In this document: positions 36,111 to 47,441 of the stretch, one piece after another
Numbering within the stretch: position 1 is the stretch's first letter
How the letters are laid out: every line of letters begins with the position of its first letter
DNA from: an uncultured Alistipes sp.
GTDB lineage: Bacteria; Bacteroidota; Bacteroidia; Bacteroidales; Rikenellaceae
Direction of reading: 5' to 3'
DNA: 64,000 bases
NCBI GenBank assembly: GCA_900768015.1
Contig: CAAGBI010000070.1
Span: 3,819-67,818 of the forward strand
The notes under the pieces: model-generated
Seen by the model: only the letters and a program-made list of their open reading frames with translations
Database searches by the model: none
Told to the model about the DNA's origin: nothing
Program-made: the position numbers and the translations under genes

Positions 36111-38726
36111 ATGGATTCTAATAAAGCAAGACAGGCGTTTCTGGATTTCTTCAGAACGAAGGAGCACGAGATTGTAGCTTCTGCTCCCATGGTCGTAAAG
36201 AACGACCCTACATTGATGTTTACAAATGCGGGTATGAACCAGTTCAAGGATATCTTCCTTGGCAACGCACCCCGCAAGTTCCCCCGCGTGGCAGACACTC
36301 AGAAGTGTTTGCGTGTTTCGGGTAAGCACAACGACTTGGAGGAGGTAGGTCACGATACTTACCACCATACAATGTTCGAGATGCTCGGCAACTGGTCATA
36401 TGGCGACTACTTTAAGAAGGAGGCTATCGAGTGGGCATGGGAGTTGCTTACCGAGGTCTACAAGTTGGATAAGAGCCGCATGTATGCTACCGTATTTGAG
36501 GGTAGCGAGGAGGATGGCGTAGCCTTTGATCAGGAGGCTTACGACTACTGGAAGCAGTTCTTACCCGAGGACCACATCATTCGTGGTAATAAGAAGGATA
36601 ACTTCTGGGAGATGGGTGAGACAGGTCCTTGTGGTCCATGTAGCGAGATCCACTTCGACTTGCGCGACGACGAGGAGGTAGCAAAGATTCCTGGTCGCGA
36701 GATGGTGAACATGAGCCACCCACAGGTTATCGAGATTTGGAACCTTGTGTTCATGCAGTTCAACCGCAAGGCTAATGGTTCTCTCGAGCCACTTCCTGCG
36801 AAGAACGTAGATACAGGTATGGGCTTTGAGCGTCTCTGTATGATTTTGCAGGGCAAGAAGTCTAACTACGATACTGATGTGTTCCAGCCTACAATCGCTC
36901 GCATCGCAGCGCTTTCGGGTAAGGAGTATGGCAAGGATGAGAAGTGCGATGTGGCTATGCGTGTTATCGCAGACCACTTGCGTGCTATCTCGTTCTCTAT
37001 CGCTGACGGTCAGCTCCCCGCAAATGCTAAGGCTGGTTATGTTATCCGTCGTATCTTGCGTCGTGCGGTTCGTTATGGCTACACATACCTCGGCTTTAAC
37101 GAGCCATTCATTTGCAAGCTCGTAGCGGGTCTTGTTGAGCAGATGGGTCACCAGTTCCCCGAGCTCGTGGCACAGCAGACACTCATCGAGCGCGTTATCG
37201 AGGAGGAGGAGGCATCATTCCTCCGCACCTTGGCTACAGGTATCAATCTCTTGGAGGGTGTGATTAAGAAGAGCGCTAATGGCAAGATTTCGGGTAAGGA
37301 TGCCTTCGTGTTGTACGACACATACGGCTTCCCCATCGACCTTACGGAGCTTATCGCTAAGGAGCAGGGCGTAGAGGTAGACATCGAGGAGTTTGAGAAG
37401 GAGCTTCAGGTGCAGAAGGAGCGCTCGCGCAACGCTGCACAGCAGGATATCGACGACTGGCAGGAGATTATGCCTATCGCTGAGAGCACATTCGTTGGTT
37501 ACGACACTTTGGAGTCTGACATTCGCATCGCTCGCTACCGCCGCGTAAAGAGCAAGAATGCTACTACATATCAGCTCGTTTTCGACCATACACCTTTCTA
37601 TGGTAACTCTGGTGGTCAGATCGGTGATATTGGTTATATCGAGAGCGCAAACGAGAAGATTGAGATTGTAGCGACAGAGAAGGAGAATGGTCTTATCATT
37701 CACATCGCTAAGCAGTTGCCCGAGAATCCCGAGGCATCGTTCCGTGCTGTTGTAAACGCTGAGGCTCGTACTAAGGCTGCTAACAACCACACAGCAACAC
37801 ACCTTGTTGACTACGCATTGCGTACTGTTCTTGGTTCGCATGTTGAGCAGAAGGGTTCTATGGTTACTCCTGCGGGCTTGCGCTTCGACTTCTCACACTT
37901 CCAGAAGGTGTCGGCAGAGGAGTTGCGCGAGGTTGAGCGTCTTGTAAACCGCCTTATCCGCGCTAACTACCCATTGGTAGAGAACCGCGAGGCTACAATG
38001 GCTGAGGCAGAGGCTGCAGGTGCTATCATGCTCTTTGGTGAGAAGTATGGCGACAAGGTGCGTATCGTAAACTTCGGTCCTTCGACTGAGCTTTGTGGCG
38101 GTACACACGCTTCGGCAACTGGTAACCTCGGTTTCTTTAAGATTACAAGCGAGAGCGCTATCTCGGCTGGTGTACGCCGTATCGAGGCTACTACAGGCGA
38201 GGGTGCTGAGGCTTTGATCTATGGTGCACAGGATATGATTTCTTCTATCGAGCAACTCGTTCGCAACCCCAAGGTCGTTCAGGCTATCGAGAAGATGATG
38301 GAGTCGAATGATGCCCTCACTCGTGAGATTGAGGAGATGCGCAAGGAGAAGGTTGCATCTGTGGCTGATAGCTTGGCTGAGAATACTCCTTTGCGCGATG
38401 GCGTTAAGCTCATTACACTCACAACAAAGCATACTTCAGAGGTTATGAAGGACTTGGCATTTGCTTTGCGTCAGCGCGTTGCGGAGAAGTTGGTTATGGT
38501 TATCGGTAACCTCAACGACGGCAAGCCTACGCTTAACATTATGCTCTCTGATGACATGGTTGCTATGGGTGTTGATGCTGGTGCTACAGTGCGCGAGGCT
38601 GCTAAGCTTATGAATGGTGGCGGTGGTGGCCAGAAGCACTACGCTACAGCGGGTGGTAAGAATCCCGATGGCTTGCAGGCTGCAGTAGACAAGGCTGTCG
38701 AGATGATTATGGAGAAGATAAAGTAA
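36111..38726 (+). CDS. alaS: Alanine--tRNA ligase
   Basis: [53 protein letters not shown]; start reassigned to 36111. Confidence 0.98.
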   Translation: MDSNKARQAFLDFFRTKEHEIVASAPMVVKNDPTLMFTNAGMNQFKDIFLGNAPRKFPRVADTQKCLRVSGKHNDLEEVGHDTYHHTMFEMLGNWSYGDYFKKEAIEWAWELLTEVYKLDKSRMYATVFEGSEEDGVAFDQEAYDYWKQFLPEDHIIRGNKKDNFWEMGETGPCGPCSEIHFDLRDDEEVAKIPGREMVNMSHPQVIEIWNLVFMQFNRKANGSLEPLPAKNVDTGMGFERLCMILQGKKSNYDTDVFQPTIARIAALSGKEYGKDEKCDVAMRVIADHLRAISFSIADGQLPANAKAGYVIRRILRRAVRYGYTYLGFNEPFICKLVAGLVEQMGHQFPELVAQQTLIERVIEEEEASFLRTLATGINLLEGVIKKSANGKISGKDAFVLYDTYGFPIDLTELIAKEQGVEVDIEEFEKELQVQKERSRNAAQQDIDDWQEIMPIAESTFVGYDTLESDIRIARYRRVKSKNATTYQLVFDHTPFYGNSGGQIGDIGYIESANEKIEIVATEKENGLIIHIAKQLPENPEASFRAVVNAEARTKAANNHTATHLVDYALRTVLGSHVEQKGSMVTPAGLRFDFSHFQKVSAEELREVERLVNRLIRANYPLVENREATMAEAEAAGAIMLFGEKYGDKVRIVNFGPSTELCGGTHASATGNLGFFKITSESAISAGVRRIEATTGEGAEALIYGAQDMISSIEQLVRNPKVVQAIEKMMESNDALTREIEEMRKEKVASVADSLAENTPLRDGVKLITLTTKHTSEVMKDLAFALRQRVAEKLVMVIGNLNDGKPTLNIMLSDDMVAMGVDAGATVREAAKLMNGGGGGQKHYATAGGKNPDGLQAAVDKAVEMIMEKIK

Positions 38727-38752
38727 ACTCTTAAATAACGAATTGTAATAAT

Positions 38753-40279
38753 ATGAGCAATAAGGTTTTATTGATGATTTTGGATGGCTGGGGAAATGGC
38801 GACCACACAAAGTCTGATGTCATCTACTCGACCAACCCCGAGTATATCAACGCGATGACAGCGAAGTATCCCCATGCGGAGCTTAAGACCGATGGCGAGA
38901 ATGTAGGTTTGCCCGAGGGTCAGATGGGTAATTCGGAGGTAGGTCACCTCAATATTGGTGCTGGCCGTGTTGTATATCAGGACTTGGTGAAGATTAACCG
39001 TGCATGCCGCGATAACTCTATCCTTGAGAACGCAGAGGTAGTTAAGGCATTCGAGTATGCTAAGGCTAATGGCGTGAATGTACACTTCATGGGCTTGGTG
39101 TCGGATGGTGGTGTACACTCATCACTCGACCACCTCTTCAAGCTTTGCGACATCTCAAAGCACTACGGCATTGACAATACCTTTGTACACTGCTTCATGG
39201 ATGGCCGCGATACAGACCCTCGCAGTGGTAAGGGCTTTATTGAGGCTTTGGAGAAGCACATGGCTCAGTCGACTGGTAAGATTGCCTCTATCATCGGTCG
39301 CTACTACGCTATGGACCGCGATAAGCGCTGGGAGCGTGTTAAGATGGCTTACGACCAGCTTGTAAATGGCGTTGGCGAGAAGTCAACAGATATGGTTGCA
39401 GCTATGCAGGCATCATACGATAATGGTGTTACGGATGAGTTCGTATTGCCTATCGTAAATGTTGATGCTGAGGGTAACGCTATTGGTACTATCAAGCCTA
39501 ACGATGTTGTTATCTTCTTTAACTATCGTAACGACCGCGCGAAGGAGCTCACAATCGTACTCACACAGCAGGATATGCCCGAGGAGGGTATGCACACCAT
39601 GCCTCTGTACTACTGCTGCATGACTCCCTACGATGCAAAGTTCCAGGGCTTGCACATTCTCTTTGATAAGGATAATGTTGCAAATACCATCGGTGAGTAC
39701 ATCGCAGCTCAGGGCTTGAAGCAGTTGCGCATCGCCGAGACCGAGAAGTATGCACATGTTACATTCTTCCTTAATGGTGGCCGTGAGGATGAGTTTGCAA
39801 ACGAGGAGCGCATCCTTGTTGCATCGCCCAAGGTTGCTACATACGATCTTCAGCCCGAGATGTCGGCATACGAGGTTAAGGATAAGCTCGTTGCGGCACT
39901 CGGTGAGCAGAAGTACGACTTCATCTGCCTCAACTTCGCTAATGGCGATATGGTAGGTCACACTGGCGTATACGAGGCTATCGAGAAGGCTGTTAAGGCT
40001 GTTGATGAGTGTGTTAAGGATGTGGTGGAGGCTGCTAAGGCTAATGGCTACGAGGTTGTTCAGATTGCAGACCACGGTAACGCAGATAACGCAGTGAACG
40101 CAGATGGTACACCCAACACTGCTCACTCGCTTAACCCTGTGCCCATTGTTGTGGTATCGGATCGCGTAGCGAGCGTTAAGAATGGTATCCTTGCAGATGT
40201 AGCACCCACGGTCCTCGACCTTATGGGCTTGCCAAAGCCTGCGGAGATGACAGGTGAGTCACTCGTGACATTCAAGTAG
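38753..40279 (+). CDS. gpmI: 2,3-bisphosphoglycerate-independent phosphoglycerate mutase
   Basis: [60 protein letters not shown]. Confidence 0.98.
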   Translation: MSNKVLLMILDGWGNGDHTKSDVIYSTNPEYINAMTAKYPHAELKTDGENVGLPEGQMGNSEVGHLNIGAGRVVYQDLVKINRACRDNSILENAEVVKAFEYAKANGVNVHFMGLVSDGGVHSSLDHLFKLCDISKHYGIDNTFVHCFMDGRDTDPRSGKGFIEALEKHMAQSTGKIASIIGRYYAMDRDKRWERVKMAYDQLVNGVGEKSTDMVAAMQASYDNGVTDEFVLPIVNVDAEGNAIGTIKPNDVVIFFNYRNDRAKELTIVLTQQDMPEEGMHTMPLYYCCMTPYDAKFQGLHILFDKDNVANTIGEYIAAQGLKQLRIAETEKYAHVTFFLNGGREDEFANEERILVASPKVATYDLQPEMSAYEVKDKLVAALGEQKYDFICLNFANGDMVGHTGVYEAIEKAVKAVDECVKDVVEAAKANGYEVVQIADHGNADNAVNADGTPNTAHSLNPVPIVVVSDRVASVKNGILADVAPTVLDLMGLPKPAEMTGESLVTFK

Positions 40280-40300
40280 GAGAATAGACTTTCTATAAGT

Positions 40301-40333
40301 AAAAAGAGCGAATGGAAACCCATTCGCTCTTTT
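40301..40333. terminator. Bidirectional terminator between gpmI and DUF4301 gene
   Basis: aaaagagcgaatgg/ccattcgctctttt. Confidence 0.8.
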
Positions 40334-40356
40334 CTATATTATATATAAGGTGTAGA

Positions 40357-41790
40357 CTACTGGTGCTCGGGACGGAGAAGGTCCTGAACAACCTTCACGG
40401 GTGAGAATGTCGAGATGGGAACCTCAACGAAGATGGTGTTCCAATTCGCCATCGCACCATTCCAAAGGCCTGGCAACTCCTGTGCGCGAAGCTCGCGGCC
40501 ACCTGCCGACTTAGACGAGATGAAACCTGTCTTGGGGTCGGTGTAGCGTGTGAGGTCGTACTTTGTACCGTCGTAGCGCTTAACGCCGCATACAAGGTCT
40601 ACGGGGTTGAAGTGTGTAGCCTCCTTCATGAGGTGTATATCCTCGGGAGCAATCTGGCTTGACTCGGCAATCTGCAACTGCTCGCGGCCCTCATCGTCGC
40701 GTACCCAGAATGGACCACCACCAGGCTCGCCCTCGTTCTTAACCATGCCACATACGCGGATGGGGCGGTCGAGAGTTGCCACGATAAGCTCGCGTGAAGC
40801 GCCCTCGGGGAGCTTGCAGCAGAGCTCGTCTGTGATGAATGCCTTTGCCTCAGCAACCCTGTCCTCGCCACGCTCAAGGGCGCGGAGAAGCTCGAATGAG
40901 CGGCTCTGGAGGCGAAGAAGCTCGCCAGCCAATACCTTCTTATATGTAATGGTATCCTCCTTGCGCTCGTCGGTGGTTACATTGTCGATATTCTTAACGA
41001 AGATGACATCAGCATCGAGCTTGTCGAGGTTTGTGATAAGCGCACCATGACCAGCGGGGCGGAACAAGAGCTTGCCATCGTCAGTGCGGAATGGTGTGTT
41101 ATCGGGATTTACAGCAATGGTATCAGTCGCTGGGCTCTGAATAGAGAACGATACATTATACTTAACATTGAACTTCTGCTCGTAGTGGCTCTGGCGCTCA
41201 GCGAGGAGAGCCTCGAAACCTGCCTGGTGCTCAGGCGATACGGTGAAGTGGATGTTTGCCTCGCCATTGCTTGAAGCGTAGAGCGCAGCCTCAACAAGGT
41301 GCTCCTCAACGGGCTTGCGTGCACCATCCTTATAGGCGTGGAATGTCACAAGACCCTTGGGCTTTGCGCCATACTCAAGACCGTCGATAATAATGTTGCG
41401 AACGACATCCTTGTCATCAATCTGTGGCTGGAGATATTTTGCCAACTCGGGGAAGAATGCGAACTTCTCGAGGTTTACGATAAGCTTGTCAATGCCAGCG
41501 GTGCGCTTGTCGTCGTTTACATACTCGAACAACTCTTTGAACATGCGAGTAGCTGCGCCCGATGCGGGTACGAACTTTAGTGTTTTGATGTTTTTGAGGT
41601 TGTCGTTGTAGTATGTCTCGCGCTCCTTAACGCTCTCTGCATCGAGCTGCTTTACGCCATCGCCACCAGCTGCGGCACGCACAACTGGGAGTGCAGGGAA
41701 ACCATTGCGGAAATTCTCAATTTGTCTTTCAACCGCTGCGACGCTCAAGCCGTGAGCCTCAATCTGGGTGATCTCTTCGTGTGTGAACAT
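40357..41790 (-). CDS. DUF4301 family protein
   Basis: KFVPASGAATRMFK, HFTVSPEH, FRPAGHGALI, RVCGMVKNEGEPGGGPFW, ELPGLWNGAMA. Confidence 0.9.
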   Translation of the reverse strand: MFTHEEITQIEAHGLSVAAVERQIENFRNGFPALPVVRAAAGGDGVKQLDAESVKERETYYNDNLKNIKTLKFVPASGAATRMFKELFEYVNDDKRTAGIDKLIVNLEKFAFFPELAKYLQPQIDDKDVVRNIIIDGLEYGAKPKGLVTFHAYKDGARKPVEEHLVEAALYASSNGEANIHFTVSPEHQAGFEALLAERQSHYEQKFNVKYNVSFSIQSPATDTIAVNPDNTPFRTDDGKLLFRPAGHGALITNLDKLDADVIFVKNIDNVTTDERKEDTITYKKVLAGELLRLQSRSFELLRALERGEDRVAEAKAFITDELCCKLPEGASRELIVATLDRPIRVCGMVKNEGEPGGGPFWVRDDEGREQLQIAESSQIAPEDIHLMKEATHFNPVDLVCGVKRYDGTKYDLTRYTDPKTGFISSKSAGGRELRAQELPGLWNGAMANWNTIFVEVPISTFSPVKVVQDLLRPEHQ

Positions 41791-41850
41791 AGGCTGTATA
41801 TTTAGATTGTAATTTGCGATTCGATGTCGTTTATATTAGGTTTGACCTTT

Positions 41851-41878
41851 CAAAGTTAACAAAAATTTTTTAACTTTG
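41851..41878. promoter_or_regulatory. Divergent -7 promoters for DUF4301 and murB operon
   Basis: TAACTTTG on minus (41851-41858) and TAACTTTG on plus (41871-41878). Confidence 0.65.
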
Positions 41879-41882
41879 CACT

Positions 41883-42896
41883 ATGAAACGAATTTATAAT
41901 GACATAAATCTCGAAAAGCGTAATAGCTTTGGCGTTAAGCAACAGGCCTCTATGCTCGTTGAGTTTGAGACTGCTGCGGAGCTAAAGGAGTTGTTCGAGG
42001 AGCTTAAGCCAGCAAAATGGTATGTGCTTGGCGCAGGCAATAATACACTTTTTACGAAGGACTACGACGGTGTGCTTGTTACGCCCGCGTGCTCGAAGCG
42101 CACAATTCTTGCCGATGATGGCGAGAGTGTGAGTGTTCGCGTGGAGGCTGCGCACGACTGGGATGAGTTTGTGGCATGGAGTGTGGAAAATGGTCTTTGG
42201 GGCATCGAGAACCTCTCGGCTATTCCAAGCTCTGTGGGTGCAGCACCGGTACAGAATATTGGTGCTTATGGTGCTGAAGTAAAGGATGCGATAACTGCGA
42301 TTGAGTACTTCGATACCAATAAGTTGGAGGTCGTACGCATAAAGTGTGAGGAGTGTGGCTTCGGCTACCGCGAGAGCATCTTCAAGCATGAGTTGCGTGG
42401 TGTGGCCATTATCCTTGCTGTGGAGTTTGAGTTGCATCGCACTCCCAAGCCTAACCTCGGCTATGGCGATGTCATTAAGGAGGTAGAGGCTCGTGGCGGC
42501 GCTACGCTTAGGAATATTCGCGAGGCGATATGTGCTATACGCGCTTCGAAGTTGCCCGATCCCAAGGAGTTGGGAAACGCTGGTAGCTTCTTTAAGAACC
42601 CCATTGTTCCAAAGATTGTTGCCGAGCGATTATTCAACGAATACCCCTCGATGCCATGTTATGCAGTGCCTAACTGCGACGATAAGATGAAGTTGGCGGC
42701 GGGATGGCTTATCGATCAGTCGGGATTGAAGGGCTACCGCGAGGGTCATGTAGGCGTTCACGACCGTCAGGCACTCGTTTTGGTTAACCATGGCGGTGCT
42801 ACGGGCGGTGAGGTGTTGCATTTCGCAGAGTTTGTATGTAGCGTTGTGCGCACAAAGTTTGGTGTGGAGATTACGCCTGAGGTAAATGTATTGTAA
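41883..42896 (+). CDS. murB: UDP-N-acetylenolpyruvoylglucosamine reductase
   Basis: LGAGNN, ENLSAIP..VGAAPVQNIGAYG, FGYRESIFK, GNAGSFFKNP, QALVLVN, PEVN. Confidence 0.97.
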   Translation: MKRIYNDINLEKRNSFGVKQQASMLVEFETAAELKELFEELKPAKWYVLGAGNNTLFTKDYDGVLVTPACSKRTILADDGESVSVRVEAAHDWDEFVAWSVENGLWGIENLSAIPSSVGAAPVQNIGAYGAEVKDAITAIEYFDTNKLEVVRIKCEECGFGYRESIFKHELRGVAIILAVEFELHRTPKPNLGYGDVIKEVEARGGATLRNIREAICAIRASKLPDPKELGNAGSFFKNPIVPKIVAERLFNEYPSMPCYAVPNCDDKMKLAAGWLIDQSGLKGYREGHVGVHDRQALVLVNHGGATGGEVLHFAEFVCSVVRTKFGVEITPEVNVL

Positions 42897-42898
42897 CT

Positions 42899-44242
42899 AT
42901 GTTGTTGCTCGAGGAATTTGAGAAATATATATCGGAGAATAAGCTCTTTACACACGAGGATAAGTTGCTTCTGACGGTGTCGGGAGGTGTTGACTCCATG
43001 GTAATGATGGCGCTCACGGCAGCTGCTGGCTATCGTTTCGGCGTTGCGCACTGCAACTTCCAGCTCCGCGGTAAGGAGAGCGATGAGGATGAGGTGCTTG
43101 TTGAGCAGGAGGCGCGTCGCTATGGCGCTGAGTTCTATAATAAGCGCTTCGATACCGCTGGCGAGATGGAGCGCACGGGCGAGTCTATGGAGATGGCTGC
43201 CCGCCGCTTGCGATATGCTTGGTTTAAGGAGCTGTGCGCAGAGCATGGCTACACGGCTATCTGCATCGCCCACCATGGCAACGACTCCGTGGAGACATTC
43301 TTCATCAATCTGCTTAGGGGCACAGGCCTCCGTGGTCTAACGGGTATATCTACACAGGTGGGACACATCGTGCGACCCATAATGTTTGCTACGCGCAAGA
43401 TTATCCACGACTATGCCGTAGCACACCATATTCCCTTTAGGGAGGACTCGTCAAACCGCTCTACGAAGTATCTTCGTAATAAGGTGCGCTTGGGTGTTGT
43501 GCCCATGTTTAAGGACATCAAGCCGCAGTTCACTACCATCATGCGTCGCAATATCGCACGACTAAGTCAGGCACAGGAGTTTATCACTTCGGCCATAGAC
43601 CTGGTTAAGGGTGAGGGTATGGAGCACAATGGCGACATTCATACGCTCTGTGTCGAGCGCATACGCCCAACATTGCCACGCAACTATGTGATATATGAGA
43701 TTTTAAGCTCGGAGTATGGCTTCAAGGGCGATGTTGTGGATGCACTATGCAAGGCCTTGGATGCCGATCTTTCGGGTCGCCGCTTCTACTCGCGCGAGTG
43801 GGTGGCGGTAACGGATCGTGGTAGGGTGGTTGTGTCGCCTATTGCCGATGATGACACTTGTGAGGTCTTGGTTGAGCGAAACACCATTCGCTCGTATGCA
43901 GGAGGCGCGGCAATCTACTATGAGCGTCTCGATATCGACTTTATTGATAGCCTTGACCAGGGTGATAATGTTGCCCTGTTGGATGCTGACAAACTGAAGT
44001 TTCCGCTCAAACTTCGCCGCTGGCAGGAGGGTGACTGGTTTATACCATTCGGCATGTCGGGCCGCAAGAAGTTGAGCGACTATCTTATTGATAAGAAGGT
44101 CTCGTTGGCAGAGAAGCGACGCCAGTTTGTGCTCGTTTCGGGTGACGATATTGTGTGGGTTGTGGGTCGAAGACTCGATGACCGCTACGCCATTGGCCGC
44201 AAGACGGAGAATGTGTTTAGAGTAGTGCGCGATGTACTATAA
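42899..44242 (+). CDS. tilS: tRNA(Ile)-lysidine synthetase
   Basis: VSGGVDSM, AHCNFQLRG, AARRLRY, AHH.ND..ETF, EDSSN, C-terminal TilS_C. Confidence 0.97.
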   Translation: MLLLEEFEKYISENKLFTHEDKLLLTVSGGVDSMVMMALTAAAGYRFGVAHCNFQLRGKESDEDEVLVEQEARRYGAEFYNKRFDTAGEMERTGESMEMAARRLRYAWFKELCAEHGYTAICIAHHGNDSVETFFINLLRGTGLRGLTGISTQVGHIVRPIMFATRKIIHDYAVAHHIPFREDSSNRSTKYLRNKVRLGVVPMFKDIKPQFTTIMRRNIARLSQAQEFITSAIDLVKGEGMEHNGDIHTLCVERIRPTLPRNYVIYEILSSEYGFKGDVVDALCKALDADLSGRRFYSREWVAVTDRGRVVVSPIADDDTCEVLVERNTIRSYAGGAAIYYERLDIDFIDSLDQGDNVALLDADKLKFPLKLRRWQEGDWFIPFGMSGRKKLSDYLIDKKVSLAEKRRQFVLVSGDDIVWVVGRRLDDRYAIGRKTENVFRVVRDVL

Positions 44243-44256
44243 TAGGGTTTAGGGAT

Positions 44257-45336
44257 ATGGCAAAGACGGCGAAATTCAGCGACTGCACGGCAGACTATAG
44301 CGCTATAATGCGAGACATTGAGGCGCGAAAGTTTGCCCCTATATATCTGCTCTCGGGTGACGAGGGCTACTTCATCGATGCCATTGCTGACCGCCTTGCT
44401 TCAACGATTCTTAATGAGGCAGAGCGCTCATTCAACCAGCTTGTAGTATATGGTCAGGATACCGACCCAGGTAAGATTGTGATGCTATGTCGCCAGATGC
44501 CAATGATGGGCTCGTATCAGGTTGTAATCGTGAAGGAGGCGCAGCAGCTCTCAAAAATCGAAAACCTAAATCATTATACCTCACAGCCTCAGGCTACCAC
44601 AATTCTTGTCGTATGTTATAAGAATAAGGAGCAGGGCAGAGGCATAGATAAGCGCACGGCATTTTATAAGAGTTGCGTAAAGAATGGTTGTGTCTTTGAG
44701 TCGATACGCCCCAGAGAGTATGAGATAGATGGTTGGCTTTCGTCCTATATCGCCTCTACGGGCCTCGCGATTGACCCCAAGGCTATGGCTATGCTCAAGG
44801 AGCATGTCGGCATGGATATCGGTCGTATGGTCAAGGAGTTGGATAAGCTCAAGGTCTCTATGGCAGTGGGTGAGACTCGCATTACAGACTCGCACATTGA
44901 GCAGTATATTGGCCTATCGAAGGAGTATAACACCTTTGAGCTGAACGATGCTGTTTTGAAGCAAGATGTGGGTCGTGCCATGCGTATCGCTGAGCACTTC
45001 GCGCATAATCAAAAGACCTATCCCATTACGCTTACTATTACCATTCTGTTTGGTCTTTTCCAGCAGTTGTTCCTGTTGAACTACCATATGTGGCAGTCGC
45101 GCAAGCGTGGTATTCCAATGCCAGCAGATGCTGAGCTTATGCGCGCGATTAGGGCTAACAATCCCTTTGCGGTGAAGGAGCTTAAGGCGAATATAGGTCG
45201 CTGGAATGGCCCTCGTTTGTTCAAGATTTTGGGCTATTTGCGCGAGTATGATGCCAAGAGTAAGGGCGTAGATAGTGGTGGTTTGGATGGTGGTGAGTTG
45301 CTCAAGGAGCTGCTCCTGAAAATCTTTATGTCATAA
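44257..45336 (+). CDS. holA: DNA polymerase III delta subunit
   Basis: APIYLL.G.E.YFID, FNQLVVYG, QMPMM..YQVVIVKEAQ, IGLSKEYN.FEL, EYDAKSKGV. Confidence 0.92.
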   Translation: MAKTAKFSDCTADYSAIMRDIEARKFAPIYLLSGDEGYFIDAIADRLASTILNEAERSFNQLVVYGQDTDPGKIVMLCRQMPMMGSYQVVIVKEAQQLSKIENLNHYTSQPQATTILVVCYKNKEQGRGIDKRTAFYKSCVKNGCVFESIRPREYEIDGWLSSYIASTGLAIDPKAMAMLKEHVGMDIGRMVKELDKLKVSMAVGETRITDSHIEQYIGLSKEYNTFELNDAVLKQDVGRAMRIAEHFAHNQKTYPITLTITILFGLFQQLFLLNYHMWQSRKRGIPMPADAELMRAIRANNPFAVKELKANIGRWNGPRLFKILGYLREYDAKSKGVDSGGLDGGELLKELLLKIFMS

Positions 45337-45353
45337 CATTTAATAAATTCATT

Positions 45354-46118
45354 ATGAGGCTGTTGGTGTGGAATGATGGTCAGGTAATCGAGGCGTCGCA
45401 GTTGCGTCTTGAAAAGCCTTATGTCATGCAACGCATCCACACTCTCGGCCATAAGGTATATAATGTCGCGCGCCATGTTGAGCAGCTGCGCGAGGCCTCA
45501 ATATCTCTCTTTGGTTTTGCCTCGTTGTGTGGCCCCGCAGATGCCGAGCGCATCATCGCGAAACTGCTTGAATTGTCGCGTGTTACATCTCGTCTAAGTT
45601 GTCCCGTTGCTATGCGCATAGATTGCGAAGGCGCGCTATCGTTCGAGGTTGAAGCCCCGCTCTATGATATTGGTGTGGCAATTAAGGCAAAACGAGTGAC
45701 GGGCGTGGGGATTGAGATGCCAGTGTTCGATTATCTTTGTCACTCATCAGCATCAATAGCAATCGACTCATTGGCTAATGCTATGGCTTCGAAGCGAGGC
45801 GGTAATATGCCTATCTATGTCAACTCCGAGGGTAACATAATCTCTCAGCCATGGAGCCCAATATTTGTGGTCTTTAATGGTCGTGTCTACACACCTGTGG
45901 CACACTCTTCGGTTGAGTATGTGGTGGCAAAAGAGGCAATAGAGTCTCTTGGTTTGGAGCTCGTCGTACGCGATTTGCCATATGCGTCACTGCAACGAGT
46001 TGACGAGGTCTTCTTTGTTGATACCATGGCTGTTACTTCGCTCTTTGCTGTAGAAAAACATAGGCTCCTATCCGTTGTGACATCGCGTATCACAAGCAGA
46101 ATGGAGCCTACGGTTTAG
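45354..46118 (+). CDS. Aminotransferase class IV-like fold protein, apparently degenerate
   Basis: VWNDG, RHVEQLREAS, IFVV..G.VYTP, VDEVFFVDT..VT resemble PabC/IlvE, but catalytic motifs are altered. Confidence 0.6.
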   Translation: MRLLVWNDGQVIEASQLRLEKPYVMQRIHTLGHKVYNVARHVEQLREASISLFGFASLCGPADAERIIAKLLELSRVTSRLSCPVAMRIDCEGALSFEVEAPLYDIGVAIKAKRVTGVGIEMPVFDYLCHSSASIAIDSLANAMASKRGGNMPIYVNSEGNIISQPWSPIFVVFNGRVYTPVAHSSVEYVVAKEAIESLGLELVVRDLPYASLQRVDEVFFVDTMAVTSLFAVEKHRLLSVVTSRITSRMEPTV

Positions 46119-46132
46119 GGGCTTATTATATC

Positions 46133-47227
46133 CTAAATATTGTCCAATGCGTAGAGGTATGCGCCGAGCGAAACGGCGTTGCTTGCACCAATATCCGAGA
46201 TGGTTACGCCGATGCGCTTCTCGGGGTCGTAGACAACCTCGCGGTCAGTGCCATATACCTTGATTTTGGTAGAGTTGCCCTTTGCAAACTTTTCAAACTC
46301 TGCATCGTTATCCAAGTCGTAAACATTCATCTGTACGCGGTTGAGCGTGTCACCAGACATGGTCTTAATCTTTGCGCGCATCTCCTCCAAGAGTGCTGGC
46401 ATGAAGTACTTCGAAGCGCCTGCCAAGCCACCACCAATTACAATCACACCATCCATAAGTGTTGCTGCCGTTGCCATAGCATCGCCCGCCACACGACCAA
46501 GTGTCGCGAAGGCCTCGCGTGCTGCATCTGCATTGCCCTCCAATGAACCCTCTGCAATGTCGTAAATATCCTTTGGCTCGAGTGTTCGCTCATCACCTGA
46601 GAGTTCACGATATACGCGCTTTACGGCACGAATAGCCACGCCATCCTCTACGATACACTTGGGGTAGTCGCGGTGCTTGAGGCAGAAGGTCTCGACGCAT
46701 GAGTTGTCACCAAGGTTTAGCTTGCCATCCATCACGAAACCGAAGCCGAAGCCTGTGCCAAATGTGTAGCCGAGGAGGTTGCGGTAGCGCTTTGCTGCGC
46801 CCATAGCCTCGAGCTTGCGGTTGATGCGTGGTAGTGCGCCACCCATAGCCTCGCCATAGGCGAATAGGTCCGCGTCGTTGTTGATAAATACGGGGATGCC
46901 GAACTTATCCTCGAGCATCGGGCCGAGTGCTACGCCATCGCGAAACGATGGGAAGTTGGGAAGATAGCCACCAATCACACCATTGCGATAGTCCGCGGGG
47001 CCTGGAAAGGCAAAACTTATGGCCGCGGGCTTCTCGGGTAGTGTTGATATAATCTGGCTAAATCCGTCGATAAGCGTCTGGAGACACTTGTCGAGGTCGT
47101 GGGCTGAAGAGGGTAGTGTGATGCGCTCTCCTATGATGCTGCCACTCTGCATGGCTGCGAATACGAAGTTTGTGCCACCGGCGTCAAGCGTGACGACGAT
47201 AGGCTGTGTAGTCTTAGTTGTCTGCAT
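46133..47227 (-). CDS. ROK family sugar kinase
   Basis: TLDAGGTN, FAFPGPADY, INNDADLFAYGE, TFGTGFG, IGGGL; no N-terminal HTH; start reassigned to 47227. Confidence 0.88.
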   Translation of the reverse strand: MQTTKTTQPIVVTLDAGGTNFVFAAMQSGSIIGERITLPSSAHDLDKCLQTLIDGFSQIISTLPEKPAAISFAFPGPADYRNGVIGGYLPNFPSFRDGVALGPMLEDKFGIPVFINNDADLFAYGEAMGGALPRINRKLEAMGAAKRYRNLLGYTFGTGFGFGFVMDGKLNLGDNSCVETFCLKHRDYPKCIVEDGVAIRAVKRVYRELSGDERTLEPKDIYDIAEGSLEGNADAAREAFATLGRVAGDAMATAATLMDGVIVIGGGLAGASKYFMPALLEEMRAKIKTMSGDTLNRVQMNVYDLDNDAEFEKFAKGNSTKIKVYGTDREVVYDPEKRIGVTISDIGASNAVSLGAYLYALDNI

Positions 47228-47441
47228 AATAGGCAAAGGTAGGAATTTATTTCGAATTGTGCAATTATTTCTAAATATTGATAAATTGTGCATAAATTAC
47301 CAGTAAAAAGTTTGTAGTAGGTGCTTGAGTTTCGAAAAATATATTATATATTTGTGAGATTTTTAGCGAGGATGATAATGTCGCTACGATAAAAATTGAT
47401 AAAAAGTATAAAAATTATATAAAACTTAAAACGAATCTACT

